A stretch of 64,000 nucleotides of DNA from Histomonas meleagridis 2922-C6/04-290x (GCA_020184695.1 JAANOX010000032.1:62001-126000); one strand, 5' to 3'; shown: positions 35,730 through 49,867, counted from the stretch's first letter. A program made the numbers and translations. Notes: generated from the letters alone by a model not told the origin.

Positions 35730-37653
35730 TTAATTTTGAATTTGTTTTTTCCCAATTTGTATTAAATTGTTAATCATTGATGTTGATGCTGTTGGAACTT
35801 GAGGTTTTTTATTACTTTCATTAATTTTATGTAATTGATCATATATTTGAAGATAATATAAAATTCGATTGATAATTTTTTCTTTATAAATATATGAACA
35901 TGAATAATAATATGAATTATGTTGACAATATTCAATAAAATTATAAATATCATTCGAAAGATTATAATATTCTGAACTTTTCATTAAAAATTGATATAAT
36001 AATGTTTCAATGTTATTATTATTATTGTTATTATTAGAAAAAAATGGTAAATTCCCAATAAAATTACTGATGTTGTTTCGTTTTAAATATTCGTTAAGAA
36101 TATTATTAAGTTTCATTTCTTCCTTCAAATAATGTCTCAAAAATATTTCAAATATTTCTGTGAATTTGTTCATGTTTTCTTTGTGTTTAAAATCATTATT
36201 TTGATATTTATATAGAATATCATAAAACCATCCTTCAATTAATTCATATGGAAATAATAAAAATTCATATGGAATCGTATTCGGAATATTTTTTGGACAT
36301 TTAATACATTTTCGTTGTTGTCGTAAATATTTCATGAATTTTTTATTAAGAACTCCTGACCCTTTTCGATAATATTTGTTTATTTCTTCTATTTTTAAAA
36401 GTTCATCAATAATTAAAATATCATATTTTCGAATAATATTAAAAAGATTCGATATATAAATTTCCTCCTTCTTCAATATCAAAAATTCCCGTAAAATGTT
36501 CATATAAATAACCATTCATTAAAATTGAAATTAAAAGAATAAATCGTTCTTCTTCTGTACATGTTTCATATTGATATATAAACGTTTCTTTACTTTCTTT
36601 ATTATATGATGTTTTATAAAATTTATTTCGTTGTTCATATTCGATAAAATTTGGAATATAATGTTGAATATTAATTCTTGATTTAAATATTCGTTGATTA
36701 ATAATATTTATTATTTCATTTTTATTCATTTTATTCATATTTTTATGATTTTCTTTGTTATTATTATTATCATTAATAATTTCTTTGTTATTATTATCAT
36801 TAATTCCAAACATCGTTAAATATGGAAATTGAAGAATTGGTTCTGATGTTTCTGTTACAATTTTATTATTAATTTTTAAAATTATTTAATTCTTCTGAAA
36901 GTCTTGAATGAATTTTGGAAATTTCTTCGTTATTATTTTTATCTTTATCTTTATCTTTATCATTAATTTGTTTTTCATTTATTTCAATTTCTTTATTATC
37001 TTCAATAAAAACATCTGTAATTCCAACAAATTCATCTCGTGATAATATTGATATCGCACATTGAAGTAATATATACCATCGATAAATCGATTTAAGTTGT
37101 GGAATTTGAAGTAAAAAAATAGAACTTCTTCTCATGTTATCATAAATTTTTGATTTCGGGTAAATTCGTAAATTCTGAAAAATGTAATCATTGAATGCGA
37201 CGTAATTTGATACGTTCGATTAGGTTCAGAATTATTCGTTACTGAAAGAATAAAATCTTCAGAAAGACTTATGAATAAATTATTCCCAAATATTTGAAAA
37301 TTTTCTTCATATTTTAATGTACTCGAAAAAATTATTTCAAGAAGTGATTGAAATGATTCTTTGGAATTTTCTGTAAATTGATAAAATGTTTTTATTATAT
37401 TATTATTAAAATTATTTAAAATAACTTCTTTCCTATTAAATTCAATCGGGCGTAATATTAATTTATGTTCATTTAAATCTATAATCGATTTATAATCTGG
37501 TAAAAATATAACACCTTCTGCATTCGGAATTCCAACTTGAAGAAATAAAAACATAATTGAACATTTAATATTTGGAATAATTCGGTCACCTATAATAACT
37601 GTAAAAACATCAATCGCATTTGGACGTGTAAAAAACTGTTGAATAACTTCCAT
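35730..37653 (-). CDS. Hypothetical Asn-rich protein, copy B (several homopolymer frameshifts)
   Basis: Duplicate of 24549-26479. Confidence 0.6.
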
Positions 37654-37710
37654 TTACAAATGAAAAAAAAAAAATGAAATTTTGACATTTTTATTTTATT
37701 TCAAAAATGA

Positions 37711-38986
37711 ATGACAAAAATTCCATTTAAAATGAAAAATCAACAAATATCAATCTTATATCAAAATATTTCTAAAACTTATGAAGAACAAAATTTTAAA
37801 GAATTTAAGAAGTTTCTTTGTTTATTAAGGAAAGAATCTTATTATAAACATTTTCTTTATGAAGAAGATTTTTTTCGTTTTGGTTGTCATCAAATATTTT
37901 ATAAAATTCTTTTAACACCAAATGATTTTGATATATTTAATATTATTCTTGATATTTTTAATTAATTTTTCATCATATAAAAACAATAATGAATATATTA
38001 ATATATTAAATGAAAAGAATTTTATATTAAATCTTTGTAAAGTTTTCTCATTGTTTAATTCGATTGTTATTAAAGAAAAAATTTTATTAATTTTATCTAA
38101 TATTTCACTTATTAATTCTAATTATCGAGATTTAATTCTTAAATATTTTAATATTGAAATATTAAATAATAAAATATTTTTAAGTAAAATTGTTCCACAT
38201 TTTCTTTGTTGTTTATTTTATTATGATATTAATAATAATAATAAAGAAGAATATTTATTTCCAATAATTTCAAAAATATTTGAAGAATATAAAATAATTT
38301 ATCCGAAACAAATTATTTTTTTTATTTCATATCTTCATAAATATTTTAATTCAAACTTTTATTTATATTTTCAAGATATTTATTATTATTTAATTCAAAA
38401 TATTTCGAATTATAAAAATGAAAAAATCATTAGTTACATTACATATATATTTAGTCAAATTGTTGAAGAATTTGGAATTTTTTATGAAGATTTAATTCCA
38501 ATTTTTCTTCAATATCTTGAAATTTATGATAATAATTTAATACTTTTTAATACGATTTATATTCTTCAAGAACTTTTAAAGATAAATAAGAATAAAATTC
38601 AAGAAGGAATTCTTTTTAATATAATAATTAAATTAATTTCGAAAAGAATTCATGAAAATATTATTAAATTTATTATATTTCTTCTTTTAAATCTTTGTGA
38701 TGACTTTAAACATGAATTAATAAAAAATTATCATATCATTGAATATTTTTGTTCAATAATGTCTCAAATAAATGACGAAACTCGAAATAATATAATAATA
38801 TTAATTCATAATTTACAAATTATTGAAGATAAACGAAAAGATGGATTTGAAATTGTTGAAAATTTTATTTCAAAATGTCAAGATATTTTTGAAGATGCAA
38901 TGGAAACGACGAATGAAATATATTTCGAAACATTATATAAATTTAAAGAATTTGTTGTAAATAGAAGAGAATATAAAAATATGTAA
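37711..38986 (+). CDS. ARM/HEAT-like helical protein, copy B (frameshift near 37960)
   Basis: Duplicate of 23214-24490. Confidence 0.65.
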
Positions 38987-39493
38987 AAATATATAAATAT
39001 TATTTTTCATCTAAAAATATTTTAGCATTTTATTTTGAATTTATCTGATTTTAATTTTTGTTATCATTGAATATTATTCACATTTTTATTCAGATGATAT
39101 TTATGGAGTAATGTTTCCACCTGCAAATTATTTTAAAGTTATGATTAAATAAAGTTCAACATAATAAACATGAATTTTTGTTTTTTATAAAATTTGAATT
39201 TATTACTGTGATTTCGCAGTATTAAAACAATTTATAAGTGATTTTATTTTAAAAAGTTGCACGTAAACAAGACATATCCTTTCAGCATATTGAGTTTTAT
39301 CCAAAACTTGTGAATTAATTAACATTTTGAAAAATTGTTAAAATAATATCATCTCCCACATAAATTCTTTTAAGCATTTCATTTGTAAAGCAGGTGCCAT
39401 GGGAATTTTTAACTTCATATGAATTAAATGTTTTCATTTGTTTTTTTTTGTGTTGGAATTTAAAGTACGTTAATTCAAAATAAGAAAATAAAA

Positions 39494-41080
39494 ATGGATC
39501 CTTTTCAGGTAATTGCAAGTTTGAAATCTGATTTCCAGCAAATTAAGCAACAACGCGCAAATGCTTTTCGTGAAGCGAATGATTTTTTTCAAAATTTTGA
39601 ATATCCTACAGAAGAAAATGTTCAATTAATTAGTGATTTCGACGATTTATCAGACGACATACCTGATGAACCAGTTAAAATTCGAGTGATGACCATTATA
39701 AACAAACAAATTTTTGATGTTAAACCAACCAAAAAAAAAAAGAAAAATCCTCCAGAAATTCAACCACTCTTACAAATTGACATAACAAAACCAATTTACA
39801 GCACAACCTCAACTCAATGTGAAACGGTAAGCAAAACATATACAACATCAGAAACCCAATCCACAAAGAAATCACTTTATGTTGATTCAGGAACGATTGC
39901 ACACACAAATGCCGAGGCACAAACACATTCCACTCGTCAACGTCATGAAGCCACAAATACAGATTCTATTCTTCCATCATATGAAAAGGTTTGTTTTGCC
40001 TTCCTTGAAAATCTTCTTAGCGATGCTCCTCTGCTTCTTAATACATCACCAGATCCAGAGGACATTGAAAACATTCTCCTTAATTTTGTTAATCAACTTC
40101 TAATTGATTCGAAGAATTTTTCATTTGAGCAACAGTTACAACAAAACGATAGCAAAAAATTCATTGAAAATATTCACAACGAAAAGAAAATTGAGATGAA
40201 AGCCGTTTCAATTCAATCTGACGTCCCACTTAGCACAACATCAACGCAAACGCCAATAGAGTTAACAAAACAAACAATTACGGATCCTTCAACACTAATT
40301 AGTATTCCTCCACCAAAGCGACCACAGAATAAATATCAACGAATTGGTACATGTTTTGAAATATGTCCGAAATTTAAACATTTCAAATATTATTATAATG
40401 ATGGCTTTCAGTATCCTCCATCACTTCGTCACACGCAAAGTTCTAATACTAAAAATAACATTAGCACCAAACAACTTCAAATATCAGAATCAATTTTTGC
40501 AAACTCTTCAAATGATTCCATGCAAAATAATCGAAAAGAAATTGAAACTGAAACAGAATTAGATAATCAACGAAAGAAACAATTACAAATCGAATTACTT
40601 GAAAATCAAAATATATCAGTTCTTCCTAAACTTGAAGAACAAACGCATGTTAATGTTGAAACGCCACATTTCGGAGACATTAATATTAATCCTAACAAAG
40701 AAACACAATATAAAGAAACACCAAACAAAGAAAATATTAATACCATCAAACTCAAGCCTTTAAGAATTACTGCTCTTGATGATATCGAATCACTTTCCAC
40801 ATTTAATATTGACTCCATGCTTGCTGAATTGGAATCTTCTGATGATGACGACGATGATGAAGTAAATAGTTTCAGTATACTAAATGATAATACTGAAATA
40901 GATGCAGAAACTGTGGATAGCGGAATGATATCAAAGGTTTTGGGAAGTTCTTCTTTTACAGTATCTCACGATGATGATGATGATTTAAGTTCAGGTGAAA
41001 TAAGAGATTCAGAAGATGTTATCGAAACTGATGAAAGTAATACGTTCTCTTTCAGAGGATCAAGTAAAACTCGAAAATAA
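39494..41080 (+). CDS. Hypothetical S/T/Q/D-rich low-complexity protein
   Basis: 528-aa ATG ORF with an acidic C-terminus; no family recognised. Confidence 0.7.
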   Translation: MDPFQVIASLKSDFQQIKQQRANAFREANDFFQNFEYPTEENVQLISDFDDLSDDIPDEPVKIRVMTIINKQIFDVKPTKKKKKNPPEIQPLLQIDITKPIYSTTSTQCETVSKTYTTSETQSTKKSLYVDSGTIAHTNAEAQTHSTRQRHEATNTDSILPSYEKVCFAFLENLLSDAPLLLNTSPDPEDIENILLNFVNQLLIDSKNFSFEQQLQQNDSKKFIENIHNEKKIEMKAVSIQSDVPLSTTSTQTPIELTKQTITDPSTLISIPPPKRPQNKYQRIGTCFEICPKFKHFKYYYNDGFQYPPSLRHTQSSNTKNNISTKQLQISESIFANSSNDSMQNNRKEIETETELDNQRKKQLQIELLENQNISVLPKLEEQTHVNVETPHFGDININPNKETQYKETPNKENINTIKLKPLRITALDDIESLSTFNIDSMLAELESSDDDDDDEVNSFSILNDNTEIDAETVDSGMISKVLGSSSFTVSHDDDDDLSSGEIRDSEDVIETDESNTFSFRGSSKTRK

Positions 41081-41377
41081 TTTTAGGATTGAAAATAAAT
41101 AAATATGTTATTGATTCCTTCTAATAAAATGTTTCAAATGATTTCGTAATATATTATGAAATTTCATATTATATTTGAATTCTCATAACAATTTTATAAT
41201 TAGTGCAATTTGACTGAAAATCAAAAATAATATTACTTCAAATATTAACTTAAAAAAAATTATTATAAATGACCATAAAGATTTATTGATATTATGTGAT
41301 ATTTTGTGATCCCTTTGATATATTGTTTATGATAATTTGGAAGAATTATTAATTTATTATGACGCTTTTATTTGTTA

Positions 41378-42060
41378 TTATATCCAATTGTCATTTTCAT
41401 TTTGCATCGAATTTTCAATTTCTTTGTTAATTTCATTCTTATTTTCTGTTTCATTTGTTGATATTTCGTTTTCGTTTGATAATTTTTCTTTATTTTTATT
41501 GCGACGGACAAGCCATACTATAATTCCAACAATGAGTAACATAATGGCTACAGAAGCACATATAATACCAATTAATAAATTCTTCGAAACGTTTTCATTT
41601 TCTGTTATTTCATTTTCATAATATTTAGAAAATATTGAATGAAAACTATAATAAACAAGATATTGTATATATGTATAATGATAAAATATTAAATGTGTTA
41701 CCATTTATATGCTTTGTACCAATTTCATTAACATTAATTTTCACTCTATAATTATTTTTATCAAAATCAAAGCTATTAATAGATGGAAGCATTCCATTAT
41801 GAGAATAGTAATGATCTGCAAATTTATTAGTAGTAATTCTTTGCTTTAAATATACAATAGTATTTGCAAAAATTTTTCTTTCGGCTTCAGTTGAATTACA
41901 TTGACTATGACCTGTTTGAATCATTGCAGTATTATTAAATGTAGTAAGATAAAAATTATGATTCATTTCCCCTTCTATAAAATTACCATTTTCATTAAAC
42001 GATAACCAAACATCACCTACAGCAGCATTATTAGAAGTTTGATTTTTTTAATGCCACTTA
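41378..42060 (-). pseudogene. Relic of an AMIQTGHS-type surface protein with TM helix and DNWI tail
   Basis: NFYLTTFNNTAMIQTGHSQC...ERKIFANTIVYLKQR is homologous to 56111-57325; downstream TM GIICASVAIMLLIVGIIVWLV; 5' part missing. Confidence 0.7.
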
Positions 42061-42703
42061 TTATATGCTCTAAAGCTGACAGAAGAATAACTGCAACGAT
42101 CTCTGTAGCATCGAATCGTATTCAAAAAACATGTCATTTACAAAAAGCATAACTTTTCTCCTGAGAAATTGATTTGAAAAAACAATGTTAGATAAAAGCC
42201 AATATTTTTGTTTTAAAAAGCACCCTAAATAATTACGAAAATATAAAAAAATCCATATGAAAGATGGTCTCAGTAAATTAATAGCAGCATCTAAAGTAAC
42301 AATTACAAATGAAAAATAAATAATTGTTAACATAAAAATCTTGAAATTCCAAAGATCAGTTGTTGTGCTGTATTATCAAATTCATCATTTCTCAAATTCT
42401 CATTCACTTGTTTCAACATTGGGATCATTTTTGACAGTTTAAGTTATATTAATTTATTAGAATTTTCATATTGGAGTAATATTTCAACAATTTTAGAGTG
42501 ATTCTAATGAAGTGCATTAATAAACGCTGTTCTAAATAATTTCCAGATACTATGAAAAAATATGAAGTTATTCAAATAAATCTTAAATAAAACAAGCAAA
42601 TAGTTATAGCATTAACATCAATTCATTTTTTTTCAAGAAGTAATTTAACTATTTATAATTCCATAAAAAACAACACATCATTATTTGATTGAAAGGTTTA
42701 CTT

Positions 42704-43510
42704 TCACATGTATGTGAAATTAAATTTTCCAAAATCAGCACCAGTCGTCATCCAAATTTGTCCAACGCCTGCATCTCCTAACATCATTGAGAAGTTGTTA
42801 TCGTCTTCAATGTTTGCTAAATAAACATAACCTTCTCCAACATCATATTCACCTTCTTGTAAATATGGGTATCCAAGAAGATGCGTTTTAGCGGCATAGC
42901 GACCACGAACATCTTTGATAAAGTCCTCCATTTCACCATCATTTAACCCACTTTCACCAAGTTTTTCAAAGTATTCATTGCTTGTTCCATCAAAGTCTAT
43001 GAATTCTTCCCACCTTTCGATGAGAGTTGGCTCGATTTTGGCGTCTTCGATTGGCTCTTTAACAATAAGTTTATCAAATTGATCAGGTGTAAAAATCAAA
43101 ACTTCAATGGTATCTTCTTCATTTGATGACATGCATTCAGTACAGTATAAAAATTCGACTAATGCATCTTTATAATTCTCTGGGAATAATGCTCGAACTG
43201 GTTCTGGCGCTTTAGAAAGATTAAGTGACAAAAGAACTTCCTTCGGCTGATGGCATTCAGCACATTGTGGAATTTCTTTTCCTGGTAAATAAAAAACAGA
43301 ACCTCCAAACTTGGAATCTAATGGAGATGTTGAATCTTGTTTTTTGCAAACAGGATAGTATCCCTTTTTTGTGAAGTTATTTTTCTCGAAAAAGTTCCAC
43401 ATTTCTTGTTCTTTTTCGTTTTGTAATGTTGGTTTCATGAAAATTTTTGTGAAGTGATCATTGCGGTTGTGGTTTAAATAGTTTACATAAAACGATGAGC
43501 GACCTTCCAT
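42704..43510 (-). CDS. DUF1963/YwqG-like protein
   Basis: DSKFGGSVFYLP...CAECHQP...LLGYPYLQE...MMLGDAGVGQIW. The true start may be a downstream ATG (MKPTL or MWNFF). Confidence 0.7.
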   Translation of the reverse strand: MEGRSSFYVNYLNHNRNDHFTKIFMKPTLQNEKEQEMWNFFEKNNFTKKGYYPVCKKQDSTSPLDSKFGGSVFYLPGKEIPQCAECHQPKEVLLSLNLSKAPEPVRALFPENYKDALVEFLYCTECMSSNEEDTIEVLIFTPDQFDKLIVKEPIEDAKIEPTLIERWEEFIDFDGTSNEYFEKLGESGLNDGEMEDFIKDVRGRYAAKTHLLGYPYLQEGEYDVGEGYVYLANIEDDNNFSMMLGDAGVGQIWMTTGADFGKFNFTYM

Positions 43511-43712
43511 CGCTCGCCATCACACATATTAAATTTTTTATATTCTGATCCCAAATTCGCTTTGTTTCATAATTAAAATTGATGTGAACTCTTTTCGATA
43601 TTTTTAACTTCAATTTATTTTCGGAATCATCAACGACCGTTTAATTCAACGGCATTTTTTGCAAAAAAAATTTTTTTTACCGAAATTTATTAATAAAATT
43701 CTATTTCTCTCT

Positions 43713-44957
43713 CTAAAGTAGGTACAAATCGTTCTTAGATATTTTAGCAGTATGATTACTTTCGTCCATGCACTCATAAGTTTCATCATCTTCATTCTCT
43801 TTTAACACTGCAATGAATTTCTCGTTTTTATCCGCGAATTCTGGATTTTTATATGTTGCCTTAAGCGTTGCGAGCTTATCCCCAATGACTTCGATGAAGC
43901 TCGTCGGCACAAAACCTATTTTGCCCCATCCGCACGAAAGAGCGAGCACCCAGTCACTTTCGGCGCTAACGGCCTCCATCAAGTAAACTCTTCGGCCCTT
44001 CCGAAGCGGCAGCTCGTCTTTGGATTCGGGCTCGAAGTCAGCTTTAGCAACTGCTGCGAGGAGAGGGAAGTAGATGAACTTGAACTTTGGGATGTAGATT
44101 CGATCAGGCATTGTAAATCGACTCGAAAACTTGAAGCGTTCGAACTTAGGAGCCTCTACATCGACAAAGCGGAAGCTAGCAGTTTTAGCAAACGAATTAA
44201 AATCAGAATCAAAATCAATCTTAGAACTTAATTCACGAAGCTTTCGAGCAGTAACTTGGATGGATTGAACAAGGACACCAACTTTTTCGAGATACGGCTT
44301 GAATACTTTCTGGCAGATGTCTGATTTGGCTTTGACTTCACACTCATTGATGGAATTGATATGGTGAGATGTTGCCGATTCGATCTCGTCAGTGGAAAAT
44401 TTCAGAGCCTCACGGGACGGAATGAAGTCACTGAGGAACTTGGTGTAGTTCTGCCAGAGATTTGTGAGTGTTCTCTTCATGGAAGATTTTGACGTTTTTT
44501 GGGCAACTGCTTTTGAAACGTAATCGTTGATTTTGTTGGTAGCATCTAGTAACTGAGTGTGGTATGTAAAAGTGCTGGAAACTAATTGCTTATCAATATC
44601 TTCTGAGGAATTAACCCGCATATCGGAAATAGATTTGGTTTTTTGCCTTTTTTCAAGTGTGTCTTTGAGTGTAAGAAGTTCTTCACTCTTGAAACTTGTA
44701 GCAAAGTTTGTATAAGCAGCATGAATTGATTCCATTGTTATGGAAATTTGCCAAACTGCATCAAACAATGAGCCAGGGTATCCTGGTATGTAATCTTCGA
44801 CAGACTGTGGGTTATATCGGCTCTGCTGTAAATCAAATGAAGGTTGACCATATTTTTTAAATAGTTCGATCGTTTGTTCACATATCTTGACTACAAGATT
44901 GTACTCTTTGGTCCCAGATTCGAATTTTGAATCGACAATTTCTTTCTTAGAGCTCAT
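43713..44957 (-). CDS. SH3-domain protein with N-terminal helical (F-BAR-like) region
   Basis: AKADFEPESKDELPLRKGRRV...DWVLA...GFVPTSFIE is an SH3 motif; the N-terminal ~280 aa are helical. Confidence 0.75.
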   Translation of the reverse strand: MSSKKEIVDSKFESGTKEYNLVVKICEQTIELFKKYGQPSFDLQQSRYNPQSVEDYIPGYPGSLFDAVWQISITMESIHAAYTNFATSFKSEELLTLKDTLEKRQKTKSISDMRVNSSEDIDKQLVSSTFTYHTQLLDATNKINDYVSKAVAQKTSKSSMKRTLTNLWQNYTKFLSDFIPSREALKFSTDEIESATSHHINSINECEVKAKSDICQKVFKPYLEKVGVLVQSIQVTARKLRELSSKIDFDSDFNSFAKTASFRFVDVEAPKFERFKFSSRFTMPDRIYIPKFKFIYFPLLAAVAKADFEPESKDELPLRKGRRVYLMEAVSAESDWVLALSCGWGKIGFVPTSFIEVIGDKLATLKATYKNPEFADKNEKFIAVLKENEDDETYECMDESNHTAKISKNDLYLL

Positions 44958-45789
44958 TTTCCACAGCAGAAGTAGCGGTTTGTGTAAAATCCGCTGTGAT
45001 TAATGCTTCTCAAATTTTGTGTTAACAAAAGAATTGAATGCACGCAAAATTCTATAAATTACATTTTACATGTTTTTATCTTTGTGTAAAAATGTTTATT
45101 TGTGAATATCAATACACAAAAGACGACCAACGGTTAAAAATATCATTGTTATTATTTGCTAAGCCAAATTGTGTTTGGAATATCATTGTTTTAATTTTGT
45201 ATAAAATGTGTTTCATGTGTATCCATAAAATTATCGCAATATTTTCCTAATGTTCTAATTTGGTCACGCCAAAATGCACTAAAATAAAGTTTTCAATGAT
45301 ATGTTCACACTATCAGGAATTTTGCAAAATGATGAAGCCACGGGTATCATTTGGTGAAAGGATACATTTTTGCAACTTACATGTATTAATTGATCATTTT
45401 AATATATTTTTTCGTGCATGTTGCTCAATTTTATATTCAGAGAAGGAAGATATTCTCATTTTTTTTCTGTTATTTTTAGATATGGTCTTTTAGACAAAGG
45501 TACTCAAACTGAGAAAATAAACATATTCTGATGAATTTTTTGATTTTTATTAATTCCGTATCATCACTTAAGTAAAAATCTGCTTTTAAATTGAGAAAAA
45601 GAATATAAAGATCAAAATGGAAATTTCGAGATCAATTTCTTCAAAATATATATTTTTCAAGTCCAATATTAATTATTTTTGATGTATATTATATTTTTAT
45701 AAATGGTAGTTCTTGAAATCTTAAGGATGATTTTTTTCATTCAAATTTCTTCATTTTATTATTACTTTATTTTAAATCTTATCTAAAAA

Positions 45790-46080
45790 GTTCTATCTAT
45801 GAAGATAAAGGATTGAAAAATAAGGAAAACAAGAAATTTTTGTTATTGTTATTGTAATTGTTTGTGTTATAATTCTGTTAATTATTTCGCTTCTTATAAT
45901 CATTTTAATTCGTCATGATCACGCTAAACGATAATAATAATATATTATTATAAGTAATCAAGAAAATTCAAATAAAAATGCAATCAATACCAATATTAAC
46001 ACAGAAAACGTTATAAAATTATCTACTATTGAAGAAGATCCATTTGAAAAAGATTAATATGATGAAAACAATTTTAGATG
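45790..46080 (+). pseudogene. Isolated TM + EEDPF cytoplasmic-tail relic of a surface protein
   Basis: IVIVIVCVIILLIISLLIIILIR followed by IEEDPFEKD, with stops. Confidence 0.55.
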
Positions 46081-46800
46081 AAAATTTAATGTTTTTATTG
46101 CATAACTATAGTAAAGTTTTTAAAAGTTTAGAATTATTATGATTGTTTGAAGCAAAGTATATGCAAATCTTTAATATATGTTAAAATATTTTAAATATTT
46201 CAAAAACTAAAAAAAATTATAAAGCAACATCCAATAGCTCATTATGCATTGATAATATGCTGAATTAAAATTGTAAGCTTTCATACATCCAGCTGACCAT
46301 GGTCTATACTCAAAAAAAACTTTAATTTTATACATTGTTTGACTGATGAACGCTCATCATTTTAGGAAAACAACAAGAAAATTACGATAAACTTTTACAT
46401 AATGATTTTATACTTCATAAATATGTTAAAAAATGCGTTCATTATATACGATGAATTAACGATATATTTGTTATTTTCATAATAATTTACTTTTTGTCCA
46501 AACTTAAGTTATCACAGATAAAAGCAGAACTACTCAAGACGAACACTTATTTGAAATTGAAATAACTTTCTTTTGATTTTTAAAAAAAATAATGCATTTT
46601 TACCATAATATCTCTAAATTTCCAATTTTTTTTCTTTATTTTATTTATCATTTACATTTAGTGTTTATGATTTGGATAAATTGGATTTACTATAATAATC
46701 ATATAATAAAAGAAACATAAAATTTGCTAAATAACAAAAATGTTTGTATTGATTAAATTAATAAACAAATTAAAATATTTTGTACTTAAAATATGTTTAT

Positions 46801-48547
46801 TTATATCTGACTGATAAATTTTTCTTCTTTGAAATCGTCTGCAAATGGATCTTCTTCAATATTTGAATTATTAATACCAACTGAAAATGTATTATCTATT
46901 TCATTAATTTTTATTATTATTTTCATCTGAAATATTCATTTCTTCTTCATTTTGTTTTCGCTTCTTATTTTGATATTTAATCATAAATATTATGATTATC
47001 ATTACAAATACAATAATTATTACAATTACAATAACAATTATAATGATAATTAATGCATTATTATCATTGTTTATTATTACATCTTCGATATAAGAAATAT
47101 AAAAGAAATTAGAATAATAAGTAAAATATTCTGGATAATATATAATTGTATAATTATAATATATAAAATCAACATAAATATATTTAGTTTCAGATTCAAT
47201 GAAAGTAACTGAATAAGATTTTAAGAAAGTATAATAATAAATTGATAAAGTTTTTATAAACGATAAAGAATAAGTTAAAGTATAAGTGTTAACGAAAGTA
47301 AAATTCATCGAAAATGTATCAACATAAGTATTTGAATCAAAATTATTTTTTGATTTCGTAAATGTGTTTGAATTAGCAAATGTATTTATGTTAGTAAATG
47401 TATTTAAATTAGTGAATGTATCACTTTGTGTGTATGTGAATGTGCGTGTTGGAGGGAGACATTCGTCAAGTGTTGTTCCCTTAGTAATATTCATATTTCC
47501 AAATGTTTCATTTTGATATGTTGCTATTTTCATAACTCTTGTCGCATTGATATTAACAAATGCATCATTTTGGATTTCTGGTGAAATTTCGCCATTAAAA
47601 TAAATACATTGAAGTGATGTACAATTAACAAATGCACATGAATTAATATATTGAATATTTTCATCAATAAAAATTCTTTCTAAATTATTACAATAAGCAA
47701 AAGAATAATTCATAATAGAAATGACCGAATTAGGAATTGTAAATGTTTTACTTTTCATATTTGGATAACTAATAATATATGTAATTTCTTTATTATATAA
47801 AACGCCATCATTTTCATAATTCGAATATCCAATATTTTCTTCTGAAACATTAATAAATTGAAGTTTCGTACATTCTAAAAATGCATTCCCAATTGAAGTA
47901 ACAGAACTTGGTATATAAATATTCACAAGGTTTGTACATCCTCTGAATGCATCTGAGCCAATACTTCGGACGCCTTCATATAATGTTATCGTTTCAAGTC
48001 CTATACATTTGTAAAATGCATTATCACTAATGGTATTACAACGAATTGTAATGTTATTTAATGAAATACATTCTGCAAATGCACCACCTCCAATTCCACC
48101 CATTAATTTATCTGGAAATTGGACATATTCTAATTGTTTACATGATGCAAATGCTCCACTATTTATATATCCAACTGTTTCTCCAATTATTACTGTTGTT
48201 AATAAAGGCCATTCTCTGAATGCATCACTTTCAAGCTCGCCAACATCAATAATTATAACGTACTCAGTAACATTCATATAATCATTTGAAAAATCATTGG
48301 AATCAGATATTGTGAGTGTTTTTGTCTCTTCGTCATATGATTGCTTTGTATTAACAAAAAATATAATCAATAAAATCGAAATAACTTCGTTTTTTTGATG
48401 AATGCTTTTCTGATTAAAATAAATTTTGGAAAAGAAAGTAAAAACAAAAAATATAGATCCGAACAAAGTTGTATTTGCATATGCCGAAGTAATTAATGCA
48501 TTAAATATCTTTGGTAGATTTTTAAGGATATTATTGCTGCAATTCAT
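46801..48547 (-). CDS. BspA-like (TpLRR) surface protein with T/S/N-F stalk and TM; tail frameshifted near 46904
   Basis: Repeats of type IGxxAFxxCxxLxxI; NTF stalk; TM helix; EEDPFADDFKEEKFISQI* in another frame ending at 46801. The 5' start is uncertain. Confidence 0.8.
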
Positions 48548-49867
48548 TGATAAATTACATTGGAAACTTTCAATAAAATGATATATATTATGTAGGATAT
48601 GAAAGATTGCAGTTATTTTTGAATAAAAAATCCGAAATTATTAAATTTGAAGAAACGAAATGCTTAAAACCTATTCTATTGTTATTTAGAGAATTGTTGA
48701 GTGAGGCGAATTGCAGTAAATGATTTATGTTGTTTGCTGTTTGAATTTTTTGTAAAAATATACTCTTTATGTGTTCTTTCTTGTTACTTGGCATGTAACG
48801 AATGCCTTTGTTATGCACATGCTTGTTCATTGTTTTATTTTCGATGAGAGAATTAAAATAATATTTATTTGAAATAAAAACATGTTTGTTGGAATTTATG
48901 AGGAGGATGAAAATGCCAATGTGGGTTAATGTTCATCGACTTGAAATAATTAATCTTGTTGTAACGAATAACCTTCAATTAAGACCAAATAATAAACGGT
49001 CGTCCCAAAAATTCAAAATTCATTTTTCTATTTTATTTCAGAAAATATTTAAATTTTAGTGGTGTTTTTAAATTTACCTATATGATGATGATAATATATT
49101 TTAATGGTACGAAATAATTTTCAAGAAATCATTCTGATTATCACATATAAACCCAATTTCGCATACAAAAATCTAAATTTCAAATTTCTAAGTTCACACT
49201 CGCTTAAAGTCAACAAAGAACACAATATCATATGGGCAAGAAGAATCTATGAGCTGTTTTTGGAATATACAATCATTGTGATTATCTTTGATATAAGCAA
49301 AATTTCGGAAATCTATTTTGAAAATAGATAAATTTCGGATACAAGCAGATAATTTTAAAAAATATATCATATTCATTTCATTTATTAATTTCAAAATTTG
49401 ATATCTTTCATAATTATGGATTGAATAGTTTACTCAGTGTCAGATTGGTGAAAAATTGAGAAAATTTGTCACTTTTAATTTAATTTATTTCAAAAATTTG
49501 TGGGGAAATTTTGAGGGTGTAAAAAAAAAAATATCTTATTCTATAATTATTAAATCTCATTTCTTCTCATAAAAAAGTATGCCCATGTATAGAGTGAATT
49601 TGTTTTTACTATGGCAATCTAATTTCGTATTTTTTCATAATTTATTTATTATATCTCTCACAAAAATTAGACATGTTATTAATAGTTATAATATTTATGC
49701 TTTATCAATTAATAATATTATTTTTATAATTATCTGATGTGGAGCGCCCTCCATTTTGCGGTTTTTGAACGATAGGAAATTTGAGGAAAAATCGAAATTC
49801 CACATCAGGGCACCCCATCCGGTTGGCCATAATTTTTATTTTGCTCATCGTTTTCCAAAATTTAAGC

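Larger units (their letters stand above)
35539..39001. repeat. Inverted segmental duplication, copy B
   Basis: Same ORF peptides as copy A on the opposite strand; includes the 3' end of the kelch gene. Confidence 0.92.
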
